Assembly: GCA_964408775.1 (NCBI GenBank)
Contig: CAYPAP010000001.1
Coordinates: 353,839 to 417,838, forward strand
Length of the DNA: 64,000 bases
Direction: 5' to 3'
DNA from: an uncultured Gammaproteobacteria bacterium
GTDB taxonomy: Bacteria; Patescibacteriota; Patescibacteriia; Patescibacteriales; UBA12465
The translations under genes and the position numbers were made by a program. The notes below the pieces were generated by a model. That model was not told where the DNA came from, made no database searches, and worked only from the letters and a program-made list of their open reading frames with translations. Shown here piece after piece: positions 56,611 to 64,000 of the stretch; positions within the stretch are counted from its first letter, which is position 1; each line of letters opens with the position of its first letter.

Positions 56611-58821
56611 ATGAATTTAATAATAGTAGAGTCTCCGACTAAGGCTAAGACTATTGCCAAGTTTTTGGACAAAAATTATAAAGTAGAATCGTCTTTTGGT
56701 CATATTCGTGATTTGCCTAAAAGTGAACTAGGGGTTGATTTGGAGAATAATTTTGCTCCAAAATATGTTATACCAACCAAGGCCAAGAAAAAGGTGTCGG
56801 AATTAAAGAAATTAGCTCAGTCAGCTGATTTGGTTATATTGGCTCCCGACGAAGACCGCGAGGGAGAGGCTATCGCCTGGCATTTATTTTCAGCATTATC
56901 TTTGGACAAGGAAAAATCTAAAAGAATTGCTTTTCATGAAATTACCAAAAGCGCTATTTTAGAGGCCTTGGAGAATCCTAGGGAGATTGATCAGGAAATG
57001 GTGGATGCTCAGCAGGCTCGACGTGTTTTGGACCGCTTGGTGGGGTATAAATTATCACCCTTTTTATGGAAGAAGGTGGCTAAGGGTCTTTCAGCTGGTC
57101 GTGTTCAAAGCGTAGCCGTTAGATTGATAGTTGAGAAGGAAAGGGAAATCAAGGCTTTTGTTCCTCAGGAGTATTGGGATATTAACGCTGTTTTAGCTAA
57201 AGATAAAAATGAATTTGAGGCTCGATTATTGAAGATAAATAATAAATCTTTAGATAAATTTTATTTTAAAAAAGAAGAGGATACTAAAAAGGTTTTAAGT
57301 TCTTTAGAAAAAGGTGTTTGGGAGGTTTCCAGTATTGAAGCCAAGGAAAGCAAAAAAAATCCTCAGGCTCCTTTTATAACATCAACTTTGCAACAGGCCG
57401 CTAATCGTCGCATGGGTTTTAGTGCTAAGCAAACCATGATGGTTGCTCAGAAATTATATGAAATGGGCTATATTACCTATATGAGAACGGATTCAGTTAA
57501 CCTAGCCAAGAAGTTTAGAGACGAGGCCGAAGAATATATTAAGAAAGAAGTGGGAGAAAAATATTTGGTTGCCGGTGGGCGAGTTTTTAAGGGTAGGAGT
57601 AAAAATGCTCAAGAAGCTCATGAGGCCATTAGACCAACAATCGCCTACAACGATCCCGAGAAAATAGCTGGTAAATTGGATAAAAATCAATATCGTCTTT
57701 ATCAACTAATTTGGCAAAGAACTATCGCTTCTCAGATGAAGGAGGCTGTTATGGATACGGTTTTGGTTGATGTTTTAGCTGGAGAGGAAAAGGAATGCTT
57801 ATTTAGAGCTAGTGGGCAGACCATTAAATTTGATGGTTATTTAAAAATTTATCCAGAAAAGATTAGTGAAAATGAATTGCCAGAATTAAAAATCCCAGAT
57901 AAATTAGATTTAATAAAAATGCTATCAGAGCAACATTTCACTCAGGCTCCAGCTCGCTATTCTGATGCTACCTTGGTTAAGGAATTGGAAAAACATGGTA
58001 TTGGCCGTCCTTCTACTTATGCTCCGACAATTTCTACTATTATTGATAGGAATTATGTTAATCGGGATGAGAAAAAAAGATTATTTCCGACTGACATTGC
58101 TTTTATTGTAGTTGATTTATTAGTGGAACATTTTAAACAAATTATTGATTACAAATTTACAGCTGAGATGGAAGACGATTTGGATCAAATTGCTTTTGGT
58201 AAAAAAGAATGGCAACCAGTAATTAAAAATTTCTGGGATCCGTTTAATAAAAATTTAGAAGAAAAATATATGGAATTAGATAAAAAAAGTTTTGCTCCCG
58301 AAGAGGAGAGTAATGAGGTTTGTGATAAATGTGGTGCTAAAATGGTTGTGAAAACTGGTCGTTATGGCAAATTTTTGGCTTGTAGTGCTTTTCCAGAGTG
58401 TCGTAATATTAAATCTATGGGTGGAGCCGGTGGTGGAACACCCAAAGAGGAGAGTCAGGAGATGAAAGATATTAAAGAGAAGTACAAGGGGGAAAAATGT
58501 GAGAAGTGCGGGGCTGAAATGATAGTTCGCAATGGTAAATTTGGCCCTTTCTTGGGTTGTAGTGCTTATCCTAAATGTAAGAACTTAAAAAATATTGATA
58601 AAAATGGTGAGGCTGAAAAAGAGGTGCCTTGTCCAGCTTGTGGTGAGGGGAAGATTGTAAAAAAGTTTTCTAAGCGAGGGGTTTTTTATGCCTGTAGTGC
58701 TTACCCTAATTGCAAAAATGCTTATTTCGCTAAGCCAACGGGGGAGAAATGCAAGAAATGCGAGGCCCTGATGATCGAGGACAAGAACGGTCCAAAGTGT
58801 TCAAATAAGGAGTGTGTGTAG
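56611..58821 (+). CDS. topA: DNA topoisomerase I
   Basis: TOPRIM IVESPTKAKTI / PDEDREGEAI, active-site Tyr region GYITYMRTDS, and four C-terminal C4 zinc ribbons. Confidence 0.95.
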   Translation: MNLIIVESPTKAKTIAKFLDKNYKVESSFGHIRDLPKSELGVDLENNFAPKYVIPTKAKKKVSELKKLAQSADLVILAPDEDREGEAIAWHLFSALSLDKEKSKRIAFHEITKSAILEALENPREIDQEMVDAQQARRVLDRLVGYKLSPFLWKKVAKGLSAGRVQSVAVRLIVEKEREIKAFVPQEYWDINAVLAKDKNEFEARLLKINNKSLDKFYFKKEEDTKKVLSSLEKGVWEVSSIEAKESKKNPQAPFITSTLQQAANRRMGFSAKQTMMVAQKLYEMGYITYMRTDSVNLAKKFRDEAEEYIKKEVGEKYLVAGGRVFKGRSKNAQEAHEAIRPTIAYNDPEKIAGKLDKNQYRLYQLIWQRTIASQMKEAVMDTVLVDVLAGEEKECLFRASGQTIKFDGYLKIYPEKISENELPELKIPDKLDLIKMLSEQHFTQAPARYSDATLVKELEKHGIGRPSTYAPTISTIIDRNYVNRDEKKRLFPTDIAFIVVDLLVEHFKQIIDYKFTAEMEDDLDQIAFGKKEWQPVIKNFWDPFNKNLEEKYMELDKKSFAPEEESNEVCDKCGAKMVVKTGRYGKFLACSAFPECRNIKSMGGAGGGTPKEESQEMKDIKEKYKGEKCEKCGAEMIVRNGKFGPFLGCSAYPKCKNLKNIDKNGEAEKEVPCPACGEGKIVKKFSKRGVFYACSAYPNCKNAYFAKPTGEKCKKCEALMIEDKNGPKCSNKECV

Positions 58822-58852
58822 GGTTGAAATTTTAAGGAAAATTTTAAAGTAA

Positions 58853-59026
58853 CTGAATTTAGGGACTTTAAAAATAAAAGTGGTGTGCTTTTGGAAGGAA
58901 ATTTATAATCCAAACTTTAATTATGGCGAATTTGCCGTAATTAAAAGTAGGGCGGGCTTGAATAACTATAAAATAAGCGCAAAAGAATGGATAGAAAAGA
59001 CCATAGCTAATTGTGGTAAAATATAA
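58853..59026 (+). pseudogene. Fragment of a KilA-N-family gene
   Basis: An open frame with no start. ..CFWKEIYNPNFNYGEFAVIKSRAGLNNYKISAKEWIEKT parallels FLGLWEKLHNPAFKLVEFDQFKNEAGVNSFVLPPQKWIEKT in the intact neighbour. Confidence 0.6.
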
Positions 59027-59052
59027 ATAAATCCAAATTAAATTTAATATTC

Positions 59053-59889
59053 ATGGCAAAGAAACAAAAAATAAAAGTTGAAGGTATTGAAATTATTGCT
59101 TTTATCAATAATAATATTGATTATATTTCTTTGACTGATATAGCCCGCCACAAAAATTCTGCCTTTCCAGCCGATGTTGTAAAAAATTGGATGAGAAATC
59201 GCGGGACGATTGACTTTTTGGGACTATGGGAAAAACTACATAATCCAGCTTTTAAACTGGTCGAATTTGACCAGTTTAAAAATGAGGCCGGTGTTAATTC
59301 TTTTGTGTTGCCACCACAAAAATGGATAGAAAAAACTCGCGCCATTGGTTTAATTTCAAAATCCGGAAGATACGGAGGCGGTACTTTTGCGCATAAAGAC
59401 ATTGCATTTGAATTCGCCTCTTGGGTGAGCGCGGAATTTAAACTATATTTATTGGTTGAATTTCAACGACTTAAACAAGACGAAAATAGCCGCTTGAAAT
59501 TAGAATGGAATCTTCAAAGAACACTGGCGAAAATCAATTATAAGATTCATACTGATGCCATAAAAGAGAAATTAATTCCGCTCAAATTGACCAAGGAGCA
59601 GATTGCCATGGAATATGCCAACGAAGCTGACTTACTTAATGTTGCACTGTTTGGAGTAACTGCAAAGATGTGGCCAGACCAAAATTCAAAACTAAAAGGA
59701 AATATTAGGGATCATGCCTCAATTGAACAGTTGGTGGTTTTGTCTAATCTTGAAAGTATAAACGCATTATTGATTCGTGAAGGACTTTCTCAACAAGATC
59801 GAATTGTAAAATTGAACGGCACTGCGATTATCCAGATGAGATCGCTTCTAACAAGCGATGAAACAAAGAAGCTGGAATTGCCAAAATAA
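59053..59889 (+). CDS. KilA-N domain-containing DNA-binding protein (phage/mobile-element associated)
   Basis: DYISLTDIARHKN..DVVKNWMRNRGTIDFLGLWE..GRYGGGTFAHKDIAFEFASWVSAEFKLYL matches the KilA-N family as I remember it. Confidence 0.8.
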   Translation: MAKKQKIKVEGIEIIAFINNNIDYISLTDIARHKNSAFPADVVKNWMRNRGTIDFLGLWEKLHNPAFKLVEFDQFKNEAGVNSFVLPPQKWIEKTRAIGLISKSGRYGGGTFAHKDIAFEFASWVSAEFKLYLLVEFQRLKQDENSRLKLEWNLQRTLAKINYKIHTDAIKEKLIPLKLTKEQIAMEYANEADLLNVALFGVTAKMWPDQNSKLKGNIRDHASIEQLVVLSNLESINALLIREGLSQQDRIVKLNGTAIIQMRSLLTSDETKKLELPK

Positions 59890-59978
59890 AAATAATAAGG
59901 TGTTTTTTCGCGGAGCTCATCTCGTCGAATGGCGGGGTTGCGAAAGCGATTTAAATTAATTTAAAAAATGAATAGTGA

Positions 59979-60143
59979 TTTCCGGTTATTGATGTTATTG
60001 AGGTTTTGACAGGAATTAAAAGACCTGAAAAATATTGGAGTGATATTGAGAAGAGATTAAAAAATGAGAGCAATATTGAGTTGTCCGAAAAAATCGGACA
60101 ACTAAAATTAATATTTAGAGGCGGAAAGCATGAGGATGTTTAG
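59979..60143 (+). pseudogene. Fragment of a Bro-N/antirepressor-like gene
   Basis: A start-less open frame. FPVIDVIEVLTGIKRPEKYWSDIEKRLKNESNIELSEKIGQLKLIFRGGKHEDV* resembles the middle of Bro-N domain proteins (..VDVVEVLT...YW..LK.RL..EG.EL...I.QLKL...DGK..). Confidence 0.5.
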
Positions 60144-60388
60144 CGGTATTTTAACGAGAAGTGTGGGTGGGGGCTAAAATTGATTTTAGTGGATATTTTT
60201 AGTATAAGTAGATTTATAAAGAAGGAATAATTTCTTTTTGTTCGTATAATATGCAGATTTTTACTTTTTTTAGCAATAAGTTCGCATAATAACCAGTTAT
60301 ACGCAATTCAAAAAATATTTTTCTAACGGAGAATAAGGAATGATAGGCTTTCAAAGAGGAATAAATTTGATTTTTTCTTTATTTAATG

Positions 60389-60468
60389 AGGGGGACAATA
60401 TGGTATTTTCTCCACTTCGTTGCGAAAACAATTTATTTATAAATTGAAAAACATAACAAAACTTATAT
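60389..60468 (+). repeat. Degenerate repeat copy 'f' upstream of the SDR gene
   Basis: Holds the family hairpin TTTTC-TCCACTTCGTTGC-GAAAA (60406-60428). A decayed end reads AAAAC-TTATAT (about 60458-60468), against the family end AAACGTTAWAT. Confidence 0.5.
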
Positions 60469-60492
60469 AATACAAATAACTTTTAATTTATT

Positions 60493-61293
60493 ATGGAGAA
60501 TAATATGAAACCACTTGAAGGAAAAATTGCACTTGTGACTGGTGGAACCCGCAATGTTGGGAAAGGAATCGCTATAGGCTTAGGCGAAGCAGGTGCTACT
60601 GTCTATGTAACCGGAAGAAGTATTACCGACAAAGATGTTAAAGGAATTACAACTGCTGGTGGAAAAGGTATTGCCTTAGTATGCAATCATGAAAATGACG
60701 ATGAAGTAAAAAAGATATTTGAACTTATCAAAGAAAAAGAAGGAAAACTGGATATCTTGGTTAACAATGCTTGGGGTGGTTATAATCGTTTACGCAACAG
60801 AACAAAATATAAAGGTTTTAAGTGGAAAGAATTTTTTTGGAAACAACCCTTGGAATTATGGGATGAAATGAACAATGTTGGTGTTCGTTCAAATTTTGTC
60901 GCAAACGTTTTTGCTTCCGAAATGATGATTAAACAAAAACAAGGATTGATTGTAAATATTTCTTTTTACGCCAGTCGCAAATATTATGGAAATGTAATTT
61001 ATGGCATTGCAAAGGCGGCTGTTAATAAAATGTCTATGGATATGGCAGTCGAACTTAAACCACACAATATTGCTTGCGTTTCATTATATCCAGGATATAT
61101 TGACGACAATAAAAAGAAACCTAACCCAAAAAAAGAATCTTCGCAATTCGTTGGAAGAGCAATAGTCAATTTGGCTTCTGATAAAAATATAATGTCAAAA
61201 ACAGGTAGTATCTTAGCCGCTGCCGAATTGGCGAAAGAGTATGACTTTAAAGATATTGATGGCACTCAACCTATACCATATGACACAATGTAA
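60493..61293 (+). CDS. Short-chain dehydrogenase/reductase (SDR) family oxidoreductase
   Basis: ALVTGGTRNVGKGIA (TGxxxGxG), NNAW, and the catalytic YGIAKAA (YxxxK). Confidence 0.85.
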   Translation: MENNMKPLEGKIALVTGGTRNVGKGIAIGLGEAGATVYVTGRSITDKDVKGITTAGGKGIALVCNHENDDEVKKIFELIKEKEGKLDILVNNAWGGYNRLRNRTKYKGFKWKEFFWKQPLELWDEMNNVGVRSNFVANVFASEMMIKQKQGLIVNISFYASRKYYGNVIYGIAKAAVNKMSMDMAVELKPHNIACVSLYPGYIDDNKKKPNPKKESSQFVGRAIVNLASDKNIMSKTGSILAAAELAKEYDFKDIDGTQPIPYDTM

Positions 61294-61430
61294 GATTTTA
61301 ATAATGAGTTTTAAAAAATGAAATTCACCCCTAACCCCTCTTTCATTTTTCAAAACGGAAAAAATCAAATTTATAATAATTTAGGAGAGCCTGTCATAAT
61401 GAGTAAAAACGAAAAATATTTTTTGAACTC

Positions 61431-61576
61431 ACTCCGCTACGCTCCGTGCCACGCTGCGCTCTCCTCCTTTCAGTCGTCGGGGCGTATAACAGCGGATATG
61501 AGGTTCGCCCATCGGCTCGGGGCTCACCCAAATTGCTCACTTCGTTCGCAACTTCTCATATCCGCAAACGTTAAAT
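61431..61576 (+). repeat. Structured GC-rich repeat copy 'b' (attC-like)
   Basis: Blocks in order: ACTCCGC, CCACGCTGCG, GTATAAC (61484-61490), GCGGATATGAG (61492-61502), GCTCGG, CCCAAATT, hairpin TTGC-TCACTTCGTTC-GCAA (61533-61551), CTCATATCCGC (61555-61565), AAAC, GTTAAAT (61570-61576). Confidence 0.75.
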
Positions 61577-61593
61577 GAAATAATAAAAAATTT

Positions 61594-61890
61594 ATGGCTA
61601 TTGAAGTTATTTTTTATCTCGTAATATTTATATGTATCTGTGGTTTGGCATATGCAATGTATGAGGTTGTAAAAAATAAGGATTATTATACGCCAAAACA
61701 AATCTGGGACAGAATAACAGAAGAAAAAGAAAGTAAAAGTCTAAGTAGTTTGCCTTTTAGACTGCTAGGACTGAAGGTTCCGAATATTACATCTAGAAAA
61801 TTTGATGCAATTTTTTTTCTGACAGTATTATTATTATTTATAATCATCATAATTATTTCAGCAGTAATGATAATAATTGAAAAGCTATAG
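61594..61890 (+). CDS. Small two-helix membrane protein, function unknown
   Basis: 98-aa ORF with hydrophobic helices at both ends. It starts 17 nt after repeat 'b'. Confidence 0.5.
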   Translation: MAIEVIFYLVIFICICGLAYAMYEVVKNKDYYTPKQIWDRITEEKESKSLSSLPFRLLGLKVPNITSRKFDAIFFLTVLLLFIIIIIISAVMIIIEKL

Positions 61891-61962
61891 ATCTTTTATT
61901 ATATTATAATAAGAGTGTACATTTGGTTGTATATTTTACACAAAAACTTCCATCTATATTTA

Positions 61963-62008
61963 CCTCCGCTACGCTATGGCAAACATCAGATATGCTGAAA
62001 CGTTAAAT
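61963..62008 (+). repeat. Internally deleted repeat copy 'c'
   Basis: The family 5' block CTCCGCTACGCT (identical to copy b) is joined to the 3' end ..AGATATGCTGAAACGTTAAAT (GTTAAAT at 62002-62008). The central ~100 nt is missing. Confidence 0.65.
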
Positions 62009-62068
62009 GAAATTAAAAACCAGTCCTAAGAACGATAGATTTTTATAAACTTAATAATTAAATAAGTT

Positions 62069-62386
62069 ATGCCAAACGAATTTCAAAAAAATGTGAAAAA
62101 GTTTATGGATGATAGTGCCATGAACAATCCTGTTGAAAATAGGATGCTAGATTTAGTAGATGAAATTGGAGAAGTAGCAAAAGAAATCAATAAAATGTCC
62201 CAATATGGCACAAAAGAACCAAAGTTTAGAGAAGAAATAAGAACAGAAATTGGAGACGCTTTTTATTCTTTAATAACTGTTGCCAATTACTATGATGTTG
62301 ATATGCTTGATTCACTTGATAAAGTTATAAAAAAATACAAGAAGAGAATTGAAAAAGGTGGACATGCTGGCTCTGAGAATGATTAA
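62069..62386 (+). CDS. MazG-like nucleoside triphosphate pyrophosphohydrolase (small all-alpha type)
   Basis: LVDEIGEVAKEI ... EIGDAFYSLITVANYY (ExxE...ExxD metal motifs); 105 aa. Confidence 0.75.
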   Translation: MPNEFQKNVKKFMDDSAMNNPVENRMLDLVDEIGEVAKEINKMSQYGTKEPKFREEIRTEIGDAFYSLITVANYYDVDMLDSLDKVIKKYKKRIEKGGHAGSEND

Positions 62387-62404
62387 CGGGCTGGTTTTTA
62401 ACTT

Positions 62405-62559
62405 GCTCCGTTTTACTCCGCACCACGCTGCGTTCTCACTCCACTACGTTCAGTTCGGGCCACTTAACAAGGGATAAAAGGAAAATCACTCAGCTCGGCA
62501 TTTTCCCAAATTTTCTTTCACTTCGTTCCAGAAAACTTCTCATATCCCTAACGTTATAT
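62405..62559 (+). repeat. Structured GC-rich repeat copy 'd' (attC-like)
   Basis: Same ordered blocks as copy b: ACTCCGC, CCACGCTGCG, ACTTAAC (62462-62468), GGGATAAAAG, hairpin GGAAAAT..ATTTTCC, CCCAAATT, hairpin TTTTCT-TTCACTTCGTTCC-AGAAAA (62511-62535), CTCATATCCC, TAAC, GTTATAT (62553-62559). Confidence 0.75.
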
Positions 62560-62622
62560 TTAATTTGAGTCGTGGCAAAACAATAGTAAAACTTTTAAAT
62601 TTTAATTTTTTACCAATTTAAT

Positions 62623-63168
62623 ATGACAAATGTAACTTTTATAACCGGAAATCAAAGCAAGGCAGATTACTTATCCAAATATTTAGGATATCCAGTAGAT
62701 CATGTAAAGCTTGATTTGGACGAGATTCAATCTACCGATCTAAATGAGATCGTTGAGCATAAAGTCAAGCAAGCATACGATTTAATACAAAGACCTGTAA
62801 TTGTAGAAGATGTTTCTTTGGAGTTTGAAGCTCTTGGTGGCTTGCCAGGTCCTTTTATAAAATTCTTTGTAGAAAAAGTTCCATTTGAAACAATCTGCTC
62901 AATGATTGGCGGCGGATTAACAAGAAAGGCTACAGCAAGGTGTGTTTTTGGTTATTTTGATGGCGAAGATTTAGAATTGTTTGAAGGTAGTCTGGGTGGT
63001 GAAATCGCTGAAAAGCCTTCAGGAAATAATGGTTATGGATGGGATAAAATCTTTATTCCAGAGGGTTATACTATTACAAGAGCATCACTTGACGAAGAGG
63101 GGAACCAAAAAACATATTTGAAAGTTAAGCCATTTTCTAAATTGAAAAAATATTTGGAATCGAAATGA
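62623..63168 (+). CDS. Non-canonical purine NTP pyrophosphatase (HAM1/ITPase/RdgB family)
   Basis: VTFITGNQSK and VEDVSLEFEALGGLPGPFIKFF, with GYGWDKIF. It ends at TGA. Confidence 0.85.
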   Translation: MTNVTFITGNQSKADYLSKYLGYPVDHVKLDLDEIQSTDLNEIVEHKVKQAYDLIQRPVIVEDVSLEFEALGGLPGPFIKFFVEKVPFETICSMIGGGLTRKATARCVFGYFDGEDLELFEGSLGGEIAEKPSGNNGYGWDKIFIPEGYTITRASLDEEGNQKTYLKVKPFSKLKKYLESK

Positions 63169-63224
63169 TAAAAAAGGTAAAAGTTTTGTAATTAATAAAT
63201 AAATTCCACGACTCAAACTCTGAA

Positions 63225-63368
63225 ATTTTCCTTCGGCACGTTGCACTAAATTTTAGCCCTACGGTGAATGTAGCAGGGTTTATGAGGAAATTTGCTCGGT
63301 TCGCCGCTCACCCAAATTTTTCCTACACTTCGTTCCAGAAAAATTTCGTATATCTCTGACATTATCGG
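63225..63368 (+). repeat. Degenerate repeat copy 'e'
   Basis: GCTCGG, GCTCACCCAAATT and the hairpin ATTTTTC-CTACACTTCGTTCCA-GAAAAAT (63316-63344) are retained. Both terminal boxes are decayed (GTGAATGT and GACATTATC). A further AACGTTCAAT lies at about 63475-63484. Confidence 0.6.
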
Positions 63369-63568
63369 AAATAGCATATATTTTTCTCGGAGATTGGAAG
63401 GATTTTGTTCCGCAAGAAAACCAAAAAAGCGAAACTATGAATCAAGAAGTGTTGGTGCTAACAAAAAAATAAAAAACGTTCAATTACACTAAGGAGTAAA
63501 AAATGTTTACTACATCCGATATGAAAGAAATTCCTTATAAAATTATTAATTATTAAGTTTTTCACAAA

Positions 63569-64000
63569 TATGAAAGAAAAAATAGAACAATTTTCTGTCG
63601 CTAATCAACCCGATAATAACATTGTTGAATTAATTCAAAAACAACAAAAACAATGTTCAGAGCATGTTACTGAGTTAACAACAGAACAAATAGAAGATTT
63701 GCTAAAACAAGGGAATTATTTTTTTGTGAAGCAAGATGATAAAATTTTAGCATCAGGGTATAAAATGCCTTTAATAAATGATGCGAATGAAGACGAACAA
63801 ATATATAGATTGGGTGGTTTGTCAATTTTAGATTTTAAAAACTCTTCTGTTGAATCTAAAAAGAATATGTTACTTCTTTTTCAAAAAATAAAAGAGCATT
63901 TTGAAAAAACAAAGGCACAATTAATAATGAAAACAGATAATCCTGTCTTGGCCAGAGTTTTAAAGAGTATGGGGGCAGAAGAGCTGTCTTATGACGAGTG
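63569..64000 (+). CDS. 5' part of an ORF running off the window; function unknown (possibly acetyltransferase-like)
   Basis: ATG at 63569, and the frame stays open to base 64000 (MKEKIEQFSVANQPDNNIVELIQ...). It is absent from the ORF track because no stop is present. The GNAT guess rests only on size and context. Confidence 0.45.

Noticed and set aside
61318-61578. An 86-aa ORF after the SDR gene, and likewise the 66-aa ORF at 63292..63492.
   Set aside because: Both owe their length to reading through repeat copies b and e. The homologous copy d carries no equivalent ORF, so the frame is not conserved within the family.

Overview
This is an AT-rich, gene-dense bacterial chromosome segment with almost every gene on the + strand. 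I read it with the standard bacterial code: TAA, TAG and TGA all end well-formed genes. The gene content looks like a small-genome CPR/Patescibacteria-type organism. That is an inference from content, not a database result. Content supporting this: a type IV pilin plus a prepilin peptidase, a giant Cys-rich surface protein on a TrbC/VirB2-like membrane anchor, bacterial Elp3, minimal sugar-nucleotide genes, and no large biosynthetic operons. The core blocks are GT2 and a phosphohexomutase; Elp3; a pilin; glyA-folD; recQ; a sugar-nucleotide cluster; a four-gene surface-protein locus (15.2-25.5 kb); clpP; secDF; a Wzy_C-like protein with pilD; ftsAZ; a complete F-type ATPase operon; tRNA-Cys; groESL behind a perfect CIRCE operator; mltG; rpoBC; pth; dprA-topA. 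After topA (about 58.85 kb) the window becomes accessory. It holds KilA-N/Bro-N gene debris and then a run of short, same-strand, single-ORF units: an SDR, a small membrane protein, MazG, a HAM1/ITPase and a partial ORF. These units are separated by a family of GC-rich structured repeats that resemble integron attC sites, and no integrase is in view. Another copy of the repeat's core hairpin lies in a 171-bp insert bounded by a 21-bp duplication of the tRNA-Cys 3' end. Other items worth a second look: a pilin fused to a Fib_succ-type domain but split by one in-frame TAA; a parvulin-like insertion inside SecD; a two-carboxylate Na+-type signature in ATPase subunit c; and a duplicated FtsZ C-terminal peptide. 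All domain calls come from motif recognition by eye, because no searches could be run.
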